Source: Malacoraja senta (lineage: Eukaryota). From it: a stretch of DNA of 64,000 nt. Below, piece by piece: positions 22,195 to 36,260 of this stretch. Both the position numbers and the translations under genes were made by a program. Where the stretch lies: positions 6,760,001-6,824,000 of the forward strand of contig CM075990.1 in NCBI GenBank assembly GCA_038087875.1, given 5' to 3'. A model generated the notes under the pieces. That model saw only the letters and a program-made list of their open reading frames with translations, did not search any database and had not been told where the DNA came from. How positions within the stretch are numbered: the stretch's first letter is position 1; the number at the start of each line of letters is the position of its first letter.

Positions 22195-23729
22195 TATAGA
22201 TCATATATAGGTCAATGAGTGCTTGAGCCATGAGCCCACCTCTACAAATATTAGTAGTACCAGATGTGACAATGGCGGCCGATCAGGTAGTGGAGTGGAA
22301 TTATAGACTTGGAGAAAGTGAGAGGAGGCAAAGGAGAAGTTGTTGAGGGTGAGGACAAGTTTTGCCAGGCAGAGGGGAGTGTTGGTAGAGGGATATTGAT
22401 TTGGTCTCAGTTCAAGGAAGAGGGCCTTGAGACCTTGAGTGGTGCCAATAGGTCCAACCTGGAAGCAGCCAGGGAGACGGTGCGGGCCGGGGATGGCAGC
22501 AGCAGCCCAGCCTGGGAGTGAAGGTCGGTAGGTTGTCCACTATAACCAAAATCCATTATGAAGAGGTCCGTAATAACGTGGGTTTACTGTAGCTCGGTAC
22601 ACGTGACAGTAATGATCCTAAACCTACATGGGAAATGGATAAATCCGCTGTTGCATCCGGAAATAAAGAGGGGTGAGGACTCATTCTCACAATTAAAGTG
22701 TAAAGTGTCTTAACCTGACACCTCCTGCAGATATGCAGTGAACCAGACCTTCATCTGTGGTGATGATAAGGGTCCCACATGATCGGTGAAGGCGTCGTGG
22801 CTTAATGGGTCATACTGTGTTATTAAGTGAATAAATTGGTTATTTCCTTCTTCGGAGTGAAACTGCCGGTTAGTAGCTGCTATAAATCACCATTGGGAAG
22901 TCATTAAGGAAGAAAATCAATTAAGCTAATTATGACGCTCAGGCAGCAGGGATAAACTAGACGCTGTGAGAGCTTGTGAGACGCAGACCAAGTTTGTCTA
23001 GAGCACGGAGGGACGCTGATTCTCTGTCATGGAAAAGATGTACTGCTGAGATTAACATTGAACCTGTCCACCTCAAGCCCAGAACAGAAGGGTTTTCCTA
23101 CAGAGTTTTTCTTTTCTCCACGAACGCTGCCTCTTGCACCTTGCTTGCTTTGGAAACGACCCCTGGCTGGAAGGAATTTTGCCTAGTGCTGCCTTCCTGT
23201 AATAAAATAAAACGATTGAACGCTTTTCCAGCTTTCACTTGCTTTAGGAGTAAAATGAAGAACCGACGGAGTTGTGTGTGGTTCAGCTTTTGACCCAGGC
23301 TCGTGGACATTAGACTACATTTCACTGCCAGTAATTAAAGGAAGTCTGGTGTTATGTACTTTGAGGCAGGCTCATCAGAGGGTGCGAACAGTCCCTCAGC
23401 TGGTATAGCATCTATGAGTTCCTCCAGTATTGCTGCAACCAGAGGTAAACAAACATGAGATAAAGTGATAATGATAACAGCCTTCACTGAAGGCATAACT
23501 CTCACCAAACTGCAGTGGCTATGTACAACAATGTTACAGCATTATACCGCATGATACAAACTCTGGTACCCTACTAGGATATTAGGATGTACCCCACTAC
23601 ATACTAGAATTGGTAACACTCCCTGTTTTAAGCCTGCAGATGACACTCCATTGGACTAAAGTCCTGGCTCATTACCAAGGGAGTATGGTACTGTTTGAAT
23701 GTGCCATCTTTCAGATAAGATGGACTTCT

Positions 23730-24210
23730 GTAGACAATACAATACAATTTATTTGTCATTTGGACCCCGTTGAGGTCCAAACGAAATGTAGTTTCTGCAG
23801 CCATACATTACAAAACGAAGAAGACCCGAGACACAACACAATTTACACATAAATCCATCACAGCGCTGTGATGGAAGGCAAAAAAAACGTATCTCTCCAC
23901 TGCACTCCCCCCCCCCCCCGATGTCAGAGTCAAAGTCAAAGCCCCCGGCGGGCGATGGTGATTATCCCGCGGCCATTAAAGCCACGCCGGTTAATGCAGG
24001 GTCGCGCACCGGGTCTTGGTGTTAGAGCCCCGGCGCGCGCTCGCAAAGTCCTGCGGCCATTCCAAGCCGCACGGGGCGGTGATGTAAAGCCCCGCTCCAG
24101 GTGCTCTTCAACCCCGCAACTCGGGTGGGAGAAGTCGCCGCTGCGGAAGCCCCGAAAAGCGGTCTCCCACCAGGGACCCGCGGGCTTCCGGTGTTGCCGT
24201 CCGCTGACGT
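23730..24210 (-). mobile_element. GC-rich retroposed repeat with Rex1-like tail
   Basis: (caata)n tail plus tttatttgtca at 23733-23760; CpG-rich body; shares atccatcacag...tgtgatggaaggc motif with related copies. Confidence 0.55.
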
Positions 24211-26139
24211 TGCCGTTCAAACCCACAGTACCTGCCAAAAATGAGCATAGGGATCCTGGCTTTTGTCGCTATCTTTCCTGGTAAACAGGCAAAAAAGGTT
24301 CAATACAACACACAAGCAAAGCAGGGAAGAGAGCCCTCGCTGACTCCAGGTTGGTTGGGAAGACTCTTGTGTCTCACATGTTAATGTGGCTGATGTCCGT
24401 GTGAAGTAAATCTATCCAGTTTAGAGATATTCTCCCAAAGCCCATCTTGGTATTGATATTGGGATTGGTTTATTATAGTCATGTGAACCAAGATACAGTG
24501 AAAAGGTTTATTTTGTGTGACATCCAAGCCAAGCATACTGTACATGAGAACAAACTATACACATGTAACATGGGCAGTGCAAAGAGAAAAATACCAGAGT
24601 GTCTGATGAACTCAATGGGTCAGGGGGCATCTATGGAAGGAATGGATAGGTATCACTTTGAGGTCTTCACCCTTCTTCAATGTGAAGAAGGGACCCAACC
24701 CGAGATGTTGCCCGTCCATTCCGTCCACCGATGCTGCTCAGTTCCTCCAGTTGCTGACCCACTGAGTTCCTCCAGCGCCTTGCTCTTTTGCTCAAGATTC
24801 CAGCAACTGCAGTATCCTGACTAAGCAAGTATCCAAACAGGTCCATGAGTCGCGCCCCAGCCACTTCCTCTCTTCCCCTCTCCCATCAGGCAAAAGGGAT
24901 AGAAGTGTTAAAACGCACACCTCCAGATTCAGGGGCAGTTTCTTCCCAGCTGTCATCAGGCAACTGAACCACCCTACCAGAGAGCAGTTCCGAGCTTCAT
25001 TGTGTCTCTGATGAAGTGTGAAGAGCTTGTTTTATATAGGCTGACACCTCAGCTTTATAATGAGATGGTTATGCCCTTCTGCATTGTAAAGATACTAAGG
25101 ATAAATATCAGGCTTCGGGCTACATGCCATTTGGCTAAAACCACCATCAGGTTCATCTCTCTCTTTACACTGGAATTGTGTTTGCTAGTTGTCGCTCTGT
25201 TAGATCTCTTCACTGTGAAGAACCTCTGAACATCCCTGTGAGTAGCATGAAGAAGAGATTCATCTGTGGTCACAGAAGGCAAAGGACAGTATCTGCTGTT
25301 CAACGCACTCAGTGCCAATATTGGTGTCCAGAGATGGGTTTCCCACTCTGCAATATGCATAGACTTCCTCCAGTGGCAATACCCTTCTGACACACCAGTT
25401 CCTTGGATGAATTCAGTGCTACACCAGGCATCAGATACGCCAATCCCCGCACCTCCCTCCCACACTTCAAACAAAACTTGCGTCTTTGGCCAAGGTTCGA
25501 GTAAACCTACCCTATCATCTCCTCAAGATAGACACAAAAAGCTGGAGTAACTCAGTGGGTCAGGCAGCATCTCTGGAGAAAAGGAATAGATGACGTTTCA
25601 GGTCAAGACCCTTCTTCAGCATGCATCTGCAGTTCCTTCCTACACTGGTATCTCCTCACATGGCTCAATATCAATTTTGATTGATAATTCTCTTGAGAAG
25701 GATAGAGTTACTATATAAAAGTACAAGTTGTAATTGTCCTTTGGGTTTAGTAATTTATTATAACAGAAGGGAAAGCAAACCGTAGGGGGACTTTAGGATT
25801 GTGGACTTCTGCTAACGTTGTGTCAGAGACTTGGGATACCTTCATAAGGAGCCCTATAAATGTTATTGTTGGAAGTGCAAAGGGACGTGCTTAATCTAAT
25901 CGCTCATATTCTCTCTCCGCTGCAAAATAAACAATGTGACTCTTTCTTACATTGTAATTGTTTCCTATGATTCATTTTAGCCTCTAGTGGAGACTCATCG
26001 GGTCTAATTTTAACCCCACTGTGGCCAATGTATTTAAGCTGTTCATACCCAGTGTCATCTTAACCTTTACTGGAGGTAAGTGGATAACTCATAGATGCCA
26101 GGCCAATGTCATTTTGACCTTGGCACACAGAGAGTTGTG

Positions 26140-26890
26140 AGTGGACATTATAGCCATAGAGGGAGTGCAGAGAAGGTTCACCAGACTGATTCCTAGGATG
26201 TCAGGACTTTCATATGAAGAAAGACTGGATAGACTTGGCTTATACTCGCTAGAATTTAGGAGATTGAGAGGGGATCTTATAGAAACGTACAAAATTCTTA
26301 TGGGGTTGGACAGGCTAGATGCAGGAAGACTGTTCCCGATGTTGGGGAAGTCCAGGACAAGGGGTCACAGCTTAAGGATAAGGGGGAAATCCTTTAAGAC
26401 CGAGATGAGAAAAAACTTTTTCACGCAGAGAGTGGTGAATCTCTGGAACTCTCTGCCACAGAGGGTAGTTGAGGCCAGTTCATTGGCTATATTTAAGAGG
26501 GAGTTAGATGTGGCCCTTGTGGCTAAAGGGATCAGGGGGTATGGAGAGAAGGCAGGTACGGGATACTGAGTTGGATGATCAGCCATGATCATATTGAATG
26601 GCGGTGCAGGCTCGAAGGGCCGAATGGCCTACTCCTGCACCTATTTTCTATGTATTTATGAGTGTGGAATTCTCTGCCTCAGAGGGCGGTGGAGGCCGGT
26701 TCTCTGGATACTTTCAAGAGAGAGCTAGATAGGGCTCTTAAAGATAGCGGAGTCAGGGGATATGGGGAGAAGGCAGGAACGGGGTACTGATTGGGGATGA
26801 TCAGCAATGATCACATTGAATGGCGGTGTTGGCTAAAAGGGCCGAATGGCCTAGTACTGCACCTATTTTCTATTGTCTATTGTCTATTGA
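26140..26890 (+). mobile_element. Two adjacent CR1/HER1-like LINE 3' fragments
   Basis: ORF 26141-26569 (EGVQRRFTRLIP...RVVNLWNSLP...GYGEKAGTGY) is nearly identical to 47890-48395; second tail ends (ctattgt)n. Confidence 0.9.
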
Positions 26891-27807
26891 CGTAATTTGA
26901 AGTGTGTAGGAAGGAACTGCAGATGCTGGTTTAAACCGAAGATAGATGCAAAAAGCTGGAGTAACTCAGTGGGACAGGCAGCATCTCTATAGAGAAGGAA
27001 TGAGTGATGCTTTGGCTCAAGACCCTTCAGAAGGATCTCAACCCGAAATGTCACCCATTCCTACTCTCCAGACATGCTGAGTTACTCCAGCATTCGTGTC
27101 TATCTATAACTTGAGGTGTTGCAGGAGTGCCAGGATAGATGTGGCTGGAAAAAGACATGCCAAGTTTAGATCTTTTAACCAATGTAAAGGATTTGTTGTG
27201 GAGTCATGAGGAACTGCTCTTCTGGACCTCACAAGAGCTCTTGCTTCCTCCTCCCCGCTGCTCCCCAATCTGAGTTTCCACCATCGAGATGCCCTCAGTT
27301 TCCCTCCTGTTCCCATGCCTTCCACTCCGGTTCGTATCCTCAGCAGGTTGACGAGCAAACTTTGTCCAGAAGCACCCAGCCCACTACCACCCTCAGACTA
27401 TCCTTGATCGGACATTGCTGGCTTTATCCTGCACCAAACGTTATTCCCTTATCATGTATCTATACACTGCAAAAGGATCAATTGTAATCATGTATTGTCT
27501 TTCTGCTGACTGGCTAGCAAGCAGGCAACAAAAGCTTTTCACTGTACCTCGGTACATGTGACAATAAACTAAACTAGACTATATTGCCTTCACTGCCTCT
27601 CTGGTACCATGATGCTATGAGTCCTCTGGAAGATCAGCTAGAGACCTCTCACTTCTGCTCAGGTGGCTGAGGGGCCCTGTTGTTAGATCAACAGTCAAAG
27701 AAGCAAGTTCAAATCCTGCCTTGCTAGGTGGGCAATTTAAATCTAACTACTTACTTTTTAACAAAAAGCTGGTCTTAATAGCTGTAACCAAGAACCCATC
27801 TGGCTTA

Positions 27808-27995
27808 TTCAGCGGGACAGGCAGCATCTCTGGATAGAAGGAATGAGTGACATTTCGGGTCGAGACCCTTCTTCAGACTTCTCGACCCGGAAAATCACCC
27901 ATTCCTTCTATCCAGGGATGCTGCCTGTCCTGCTGAGTTACTCCAGCATTTTGTGTCTATCTTCAGTGTAAACCAGCATCTGCAGATCCTTCCTA
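27808..27995. repeat. Penelope-derived foldback (palindromic pseudo-LTR) repeat, representative of about 20 copies
   Basis: Inverted arms cagcgggacaggcagcatctctgga / tccagggatgctgcctgtcctgctga around tttcgggtcgagacccttcttcagact; the same unit is attached to GIY-YIG remnants at 33700, 36820 and 62815. Confidence 0.75.
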
Positions 27996-30244
27996 CCCAT
28001 CTGCTTTATGAATGGGTTTTAAAGAAGAAAATGTTTACTTCTTACTCGGTCTATATGTGACTCCACACTATCAATGTGATTATTAATAGTCTCCTCAATA
28101 AGTGATGGGCAGTTGGTGTGGCATTGCCCTACCATTATCTCCAGCCTATGGTTGAATATAAATCCATTGTAATCTTCAATGTGGGCATAGTTGGCAAAAC
28201 CATTCCTAACCTACCTGGATGTTGGTGGGTTTCCACTTTGAACCACTGCATCTTGCTTAGCAAGAATGTTCTCCCATCAGCTTTGAGGATTCTGGGATCT
28301 AGAACCAGTAGTGATGAAGAACTGGCGATGTAATTCCAGGTCAGGGTTGTGTGTAACTTGGAGGGTGAACCAGAAGATACTGCCGTTCCCATGACGGTAA
28401 AGGTTTGGGTTGTTGTTGGAGTATCTTGGATGAATAACTGCAGCGGATACTGTTTAAGGGGTGCTGATCCAGTGGGCTGTTTTGTCTTGGATGGTAACCT
28501 CTAGTGCACAGGGATGAGTGGGCTGGTTGGATAATTGCTCACTGAAAATTGCCCCTCATCTGCAGAACAATGATAGAATCTAGGGGGAGCTGATATGATT
28601 ATGGGGAGAATAAAAACAGAATGATGGGTGGTTGATGGTCGGCAAGGACTCGATGGGCCAAAGGGCCTGTTCCTATGCTATGCAAATCTTGACACTATGA
28701 ATAGAGTTGTAGAAGCTTCACTCATCCAGGCAAGTGGAAAGGTATCAGTGTGTCAGGAGTGAGTCGACTAGTGTGACTTCCAGACTGCTACAGTGACCTT
28801 GGTAGACATAAAATGCCGGAGCAACTCAGCGAGTCAGTCAGCATCTCTGGTGAAAAGGAATAGGTGAGGAAGGAGTCACGACCCAAAACGTCACCTATAT
28901 TCTTTCTACAGCAATGCTCCCTGACCCGCTGAGTTACTCCAGCATTTTGTGTCTGTCTTCGATGTCAACCAGCATCTGCAGTTCCTTCCTACACGGTGAC
29001 CCTGGTCATGGCTAAATAGCAAAAACAAAGCCCTGGGGTGGGGTGAGTGCCTTTCCCCTGTTCTTATCTTCCATTAAGACCTTCACATAAATACAAAATG
29101 CCATGAGAGTGCCAGAAGTATTTTGGTTCATGTCCCACTGTGACAGTACACCCTGTTCAGCTCTGAGCGAATAGCGCCACACAGCTGCAGCTGTGCGACG
29201 GAAAGGCTGAGCTGCCGACTAGATGTTCTTTCAGCGTGGACAGCTGATGTTAATCATGGCCCAGCGAACTTGGCCAGCCACTCATGCGAACGGCCTCACT
29301 TTGTTATCAGCTTGTAATGGGTTGAACTGGTCACCCATAGCCGGGTCCAATCTGTGCTCCCAAGGTAATGCATCTCCCCATGCTGACTGTCGGAGTCATA
29401 TGTTAACCACCCACTGCAGGCGGACTAGCTTTTAACGAACACAAATCACTCCCGCGGCTCGTCATCCCGAATGCCATAAATTATCCCACTCCTAATGATA
29501 ACAGTACTAATCATCCTTCAATTAGAAGCTCCTGCCGCCTTGCTTGGAGAAGGATTTGTCTGATGAAGATAAATGGCTTTCCTCAAAACCTACTTTTTTT
29601 GGTTAATGATTTCTGCTAATTTGTGGACGCCTCGTTAAGGAGAACCTGGCGGTAAGGCTGTAAAATTCCTTAATTCGAGGCAGGTGCTGATTAGATTCTT
29701 TAATGAAACTGAGTGTGGCCATTACAGATCAGTTCCAATGAAGTGACACCAGGAAACCGTGTTGCCAGCTGTCCCGTGTAATTAGGCCATGTCAAAATAG
29801 GCTCATTTGATAAGCAGGCGCGCAACAAATAATTAGCTGCTCTAGCGCTGGAAATGATGCTTGAAAGAAAGGGTTTCGCAGAGTAAAAAAGGGCACCTTT
29901 GAAAGTTGCAGAGAGATCTTCCATTTACTAAATGGAACTGAAATGTGCCTGAACGAAGCTTCCTTATTGTCGGGGGCGAAAGCTTTGGCGGGCGTGCAGT
30001 GAGGGTGGTGGTAAAGGGGAAGGGGAGGAGGGGGGGGAGGGTGCACAGGAGCCATTACTGGGAAGTGAAGGCCAATTGCGGGGGTGTGGACTGCCTTGAG
30101 CTCCGACCCATAGGGTCTGGCTTGGGTAAATGTCCCAGGGATTTGCCAAACCGTACGCAGTCAACAACCTTTCCTTACTGCCCCCGGTTCCCCAGTCTCT
30201 GTATCACCATTAGCATATTTGTAAGTCCTCACCCCTATTCATAC

Positions 30245-30672
30245 GGTCATATGTGATAGGAGTGGAATTAGGCCATTTGGCCCATCAAGTTTATTCTATC
30301 ATGGCTGATCTATCTCTCCCTCCTAACACCATTCTCCTGCCTTCTCCCCATAACCTCTGACACCTGTACTAATCAAGAATCTGTCTATCTCTGCCTTAAA
30401 CATATCCACTGACTTGGCCTCTACAGCCTTCCGTGGCAAAGAATTCCACAGATTCACCACCCTCTGACTAAAGATATTTCTTCTCATCTCCTTCCTAAAA
30501 GAACGTCCTTTAATTCTGAGGCTATGACCTCTAGTCCTAGACTCTTCCACTAGTGGAAACATCGTCTCCACATCCACTCTATCCAAGCCTTTCACTATTC
30601 TGTATGTTTCAATGAGGTCCCCCCTCATTCTAAACTCCAGCGAGTACAGGCCCAGTGCTGACAAACGCCCAT
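30245..30672 (-). mobile_element. CR1/HER1-like LINE 3' fragment
   Basis: ORF 30323-30664 (LGLYSLEFR...RVVNLWNSLP...GYGEKAGEW). Confidence 0.9.
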
Positions 30673-31524
30673 CATGGCTATTCTCTCACACCTCCACACC
30701 ACTCCGCACTTATCCTGCAAACTGTCCACTCCTACCTTTCCTCTCATCTCCCTGAAACTTCTTGCTACCTGTCCACCATTTTGTCTTGGTTTGTTCCCTC
30801 GCTTTCCCCACTTGAAACCCTTCTGTTTCTACCCCCAGCTCTACACATCCTCCCCAGCCCCACTCTCCCCTCTCTTGGGCCTCCAAGTCTGTCTCTATCA
30901 GATCCACTCTCCCCACGTTCCTCGAGACCCTGCTGCCTTTCCCCAACCTTCATCCTCATGTTACTTCGCATCCTCAGCCACCAGTTCTTCCTCCCTATAT
31001 AGACACAAAAAGCTGGAGTAACTCAACGGGACAGACGGCATCTCTGGATGGAAGGAATGGGTGATGTTTCGGGTCAAGACCCTTCTTCAGACTGACAACG
31101 TAACCTTCTATCCAGAGATGTTGCCTGTCCTGCTGAGTTACTCCAGCTTATTGTGTCTATCTTCAGTTTAAGCCAGCATCTGCAGTTCCTTCCCACAAGT
31201 TCTTCCTCTCTCCTCTATCATGCTCCCCCCCCCCCCACCTCACCCACACTTCTAGAACAACCTCCTGTGTTAACCTCACAAGCAGCAATCCCTCCTCTCC
31301 AAACCACACAGGCTTTCTTGAAATCATGAAACCTGAGCTTCACATTTAACACTGAATCTTGTCTTCTTCCCAGTCACTAGTGTAGATAAATACAAGGGGA
31401 GGCTAGGATGGCAATAGGGACTACCTGGGGAAAGACACTTGTGTTTTCCATGCTTCCCACCAACCTCATCCCCAAGCTGCCTGGAAATGTGGTTAAAATC
31501 AAATAAAGCATCAAGTGGCAGGAA

Positions 31525-31990
31525 TAGAAACATAGAAGATAGAAACATAGAAGATAGTGCAGGAGTAGGCCATTCGGCCCTTCGAGCCAGCACCGCCATT
31601 CAATGTGATCATGGCTGATCATCCCCAATCAGTACCCTGTTCCTGCCTTCTCCCCATATCCCTTGATTCCGTTAGCCCGAAGAGCCACATCCAACTCTCT
31701 CTTGAAAACATCCAGTGAATCAATCTCCACTGCCTTCTGTGGCAGAGAATTCCACAGATTCACAACTCTCTGGGTGAAAAGGTTTCCCCTCATCTCAGTC
31801 CAAAATGACCTACCTCTTATTCGTAAACTGAGACTCCTCACGTTTTTCCTCGTATCAGTCGTAAATGGCCTAACCCTTAGTCTTAAACTGTGACCCCTGT
31901 TTCTGGACTCCCCCAACATCGGGAACATTTTTCCTGCATCTAGCCTGTCCAATCCCTTAAGAATTTTATATGTTTCTCTATAAGATCCCA
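31525..31990 (-). mobile_element. CR1/HER1-like LINE 3' fragment with a short internal duplication
   Basis: ORF 31629-32048 carries the SLR(L/I)R segment twice; (tctatgtt)n-like tail. Confidence 0.85.
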
Positions 31991-32698
31991 TAGGAATGGC
32001 ACCTCGGTCTTGGAAAATGATATTTCCAGTGCCAGGAAGCTGACCCAAAGAAGTGGACCTCGCTTATTGACATAACCAGTTATGCATTTATAGATAAAGC
32101 AAAATGAATTTACAAAAAAAGTCATCAAATATCAATTGGAGATATTGAGTATGAAAACCCCCCACTGGATTTTATCCTTTCAATCGCAGGCTGAGGGTGG
32201 TGTTATTCCACATCCCAACTGATCCAATGACCCTGCCCCAAGGTTGCATCTACCATCGACTAGGTCAGGTGTCCCAAGCTATTGGTTTCAAGCTAAAGCC
32301 TAATGGTGACACAGGAGACTGCAGATGCTGAAATCTTGAGTTAAAAACAAACTGCTGGAGGAATTCAGAGGGTCAGGCAGCATTGAATCAGAGGGAAGTG
32401 GATAGAGACAATCAGGTCAGGATCTTTCTTCAGTCTGAAGAAGGTTCCCAACCCAGAATATCACCGGTCCATTCCATCCATAGATGCTGCCTCTTGTTAT
32501 CACACCTTCCCCAGCCAGCAATAACCATTGTGGGCTCCACTCTTGCTGAGGCAATCTATTGTCGGCCCTGATTAGCCATTTGTAACTTTGTCGGCACCAG
32601 AAACGTGGCATTCTTGTGTACTGCCCAGGTGATGTCTGCTGTATAATCTTACTGGGTTGTATGGAAAAACAAAGCATTTCACTGTACCAAGGCACATG

Positions 32699-32981
32699 GT
32701 CAGGTCGAGGGGAGTTCCCCCCACCACGGGTACCATGTAATCCCGTGCTACCTGTTCCATGGTCGGGCAGTCGGTGACTAAACCGTTTCCCCCACCTGGT
32801 TTGCCAGGTGAGGAGGGGGCTGTGGACCCCAGCAGGACCAAAAACAAGACCTGTCAAAGGGCGGATGAGCTCCTAGCGAGCCAACGTTCGTCCACACTTC
32901 AGTAGAAGTTGTGATCACTGTCGTACATGGCATTGTAAGGCACCGTGCCCGTTGATGTTTTCAATGATGATAATGATGATG
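32699..32981 (+). mobile_element. Short non-autonomous retroposon, RTE-like, with (ATG)n tail
   Basis: TSD aaggcacatg (32689-32698) / aaggtacatg (32982-32991); tail aatgatgataatgatgatg; no tRNA-like head or ORF. Confidence 0.7.
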
Positions 32982-33697
32982 AAGGTACATGTGACCACAA
33001 CATATCATTGACTCATTGATTTATTGTGGCCTTAACTCATCTCCAGTTTATTCACCCCCCACCCCCCCCCCCCCAGTCTCTACTTTCAGTCTGGAGAAGG
33101 GTTCCGATTTAAAACCACGTTTTATTTTTCTCCAGAGATGGTGCCTGACCCGCTGAGTTACTCCAGCATTTTGTGTTCATCTTCGATGCTGACTGACCTG
33201 CTGAGTTTCTCCAGCACTTTGTTTTCTCACCAACTCCAAGAGATGGGTTTCAGCCACTTTCTGCAAAACACTTTCTGAACTTCCCCGCAAGGCCAAATGT
33301 GGACAATTGTCAACTTTGGATCGAATAGACATCTTCTAATTCGGACATAGTTTCTAGCAGGTCAGATGGTGTGGAACAGGAGGGAGGGGCGATAATTAAA
33401 CCAATGCTTTAAGGCACGGCGTTTGGAAAGGGTCAGATACTTTAGCAAAGGTCCGCTAGATGAAACAGGGCAGCGAAAATTGAAGAAAGAGAAGTGGAGA
33501 CATGTAAAAATAGGCAGTAAACCGTATTTGTAATGTATACAATTCCTAGGCCTGGACAGATATGTGCACGTCAATCTCATTGAAATACATAAACCTCTGA
33601 GAGGAGGTTGACAGGGTGAAGATAATAAGATGGTCACTGGTGGGTGAACATAGAACATGGAAGAGTACAGCATGAGAACAGGCCCCTCAACCCACAA

Positions 33698-34065
33698 AAG
33701 ATAGACACAAAATGCTGGAGTAACTCAGCGGGACAGGCAGCATCTCTGGATAGAAGGAATGTGTTTTCGGGTTGAGACCCTTCTTCAGTCTGAGAGTCAG
33801 GTGAGAGGGAGACACAGAGATAAGGAAGGGTAAGATATGAAAATGAGACATCAAAAGATATGGGGATCAAGGAAAATGTAGAATAGATCATTGTTAGCGA
33901 CAGAAGGAGAAGGTGACAACAAAGCTAACAGAGATAAAATGTAATCGGGGGGCAGTCAGACTGGTCGGAGAACTGGGAAGGGAGAGGGGTGGAGAGAGAG
34001 GTAAAGCAAGGGTTACTTGAAGCTTGAGAAGTTAATATTCATACCGCTGGGGTGTAAGCTGCCTT
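33698..34065 (-). mobile_element. Penelope-like element 3' fragment
   Basis: Minus strand encodes the end of the endonuclease ORF (SLHPSGMNINFS) followed by 3' UTR and pseudo-LTR; homologous to 62815-63260. Confidence 0.75.
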
Positions 34066-35619
34066 CAACCCACAATATCTGTGTCGAACATGATGCCAAG
34101 ACCAACTCTTTTCTGCCTGTTCATAATCCATATCCCTCCATACCTTGCATATCCATGTACCTATCTAAAAGTTTATTTTAATGCCATTACCATATTTGCC
34201 TCCACCACCACCCACAGCAGCGCGATCCAGGCATTCACCACCCTCTGTAGAAAAAAAACCTGCCCCGCACATCTCTTTTAAACTTTGTCCCTCTCGCTTC
34301 AAAGCTATGATCTCTTATATTTGGGGAAATTTGCATCTGGGGAAAAGGTTCTGCCTGTCTACCCTATCTATGCCTCTCATGATTTTATGTACTTCTATCA
34401 GGTCGCCCAGCAACCTGTCGTGTTCCAGAGAAAAACGGAGTTCAGGGTGAGTCTAGAATGAATGGGGCATTTTCTCAGGATAAGTCTCAGCCTGAAGATG
34501 AGGAAGAATTTTGATTCTTGTAGGCTCAAGAATCTTTGGAATTCTCCACCCCCAAGTGGTGTGAAAACCGTATTATTCAGTGTGTTTAAGGAATTTAGAC
34601 CAGATGGAAGTCAAGGGTGGTGAGAGGGAGCTGAGAGGGGGTGGAGGTGGAAACACAGCGGAGTTCGTGACGGAGAGGTTTGAAGAGTTTGTACGGCTAA
34701 CTCCTGCTCCTATTTCTCATGTTAATGACATTCAAGTTGGTTTTTTTTTTTATTCCCTGGCATCCTTGCATGGTTGCATCCACAAATTGCTATTTAAATC
34801 ATTTGAATTTCAAAAAAGGAATCTCAACGTGAAGAATGGGGAAAAAAATTGGGGCAGGGTTTCCTTGACGATTCTTTGCTGATCTCCCATTGTAACTTCA
34901 GAAGATTAGCAGGCACCCCAGAGCCGGGCATTGGAACAGGAGACTATTTTGTTCCCGGAACTAACTTGACAAAGTATGGTTGTAAAAGCTTTTAAATGTG
35001 GTGACAATGAGAGCATTGTGGCTGAGTTTGACATTAGTGGCACGATGAAGTTTGCCACATGAAATCGCCAGTTTAATAGGCACAAGACCTTATTATAATT
35101 TCGAGGCAGATGGATCATTTGGGTTGCTGTGTTCGACCGGACTTTTAAGAATGTTTTTTTCTCCCTGTGATAAACATCTTAATATCCCCATTTAGCTCTG
35201 CTCTGCTGTGGGACGTTACCCAAATAGCTGCAATGATGATTGATTGCTGCTTGCAGCTAACTAGCAGAGCACAATACCTGTCTTCAACAGCTAGAAAATA
35301 GGAATAAATAGATTGTGTTAAATCCTTGGAATTTTCTTTACACGTATGTAAATCTATAGGTGTTGAAGTTTAGATTTTTTTTCCTTTATCCCTACTTAGG
35401 ATCACAGCAACAGCCGTTCCACCAGCTTGTGATATTATCCAGAGGCCAGATTTGTTATTAATGCTTCCTTCAATTCATTTTGGAGCAGAGTTAACCTTTC
35501 CTTCTCAGGATCTGATTTTAAGAGAGGCTTGAATACCCAAAAGGCAGTGGTGGATTTAAGTTTTTTATGATGTGCAGAAACATAAGAAGTAAAGAAGGCA
35601 AGTGTTTTGCTTGCCTTTG

Positions 35620-36260
35620 TTGGTCAGGGCATGGAGTACAGCAACTTGTCCTGGACTAGCCATATCGAAGCAATGGCCAAGAAAGCACTCCAATGCCTCT
35701 ACTTCCATCGAGGGCTTAGGAAGTTTGGCATGTCCCCAACAACCCTCACCAACTTTGACAGATTGCACAGTAGAAAGCATTTCATCGCGATGCAGCTGAG
35801 CATGGTTTGGGAACAGCTCCATCCAAGACCCCAAGAAATTGCAGGGAATTGTGGACGCAGCCCAGACCATCACACAAACCAACTTCTCTTCCATTGACTT
35901 CATCAACACTTCATGCTGCCTTGACAAGGCCAGCAGCATAATCAAGGACAAGTCTCACCCCCGGTCACTCCCTCTTCTCCCCTCTCCCATTGGGCAAGAG
36001 GTACAGAAGTGTCAGTCAGGGAAGGTTTCTTCCCAGCTGTTGTCAGGCAACTGAACAATCCTATCACCAACTACCTTATTGGAGACCCTTGGACTGTCTT
36101 TAATCAGATGTTACTGGACTTTATCTTGTACTAAACGTTATTTCCATTCAGTATCTGTACACTGTGGACGACGTACAGTCTTTCTGCTGATAGGACAAAA
36201 AAAGCTTTTCACTGTACCTCGGTACACATGACAATAAACTAAACTAAACTAAACTGAACT
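35620..36260 (+). mobile_element. Rex1/Babar-like LINE 3' fragment
   Basis: NLSWTSHIEAMAKKALQCLYF.R.LRKFGMS and SCCLDKASSIIKD segments; tail ggtacacatgacaataaactaaact. Confidence 0.8.
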
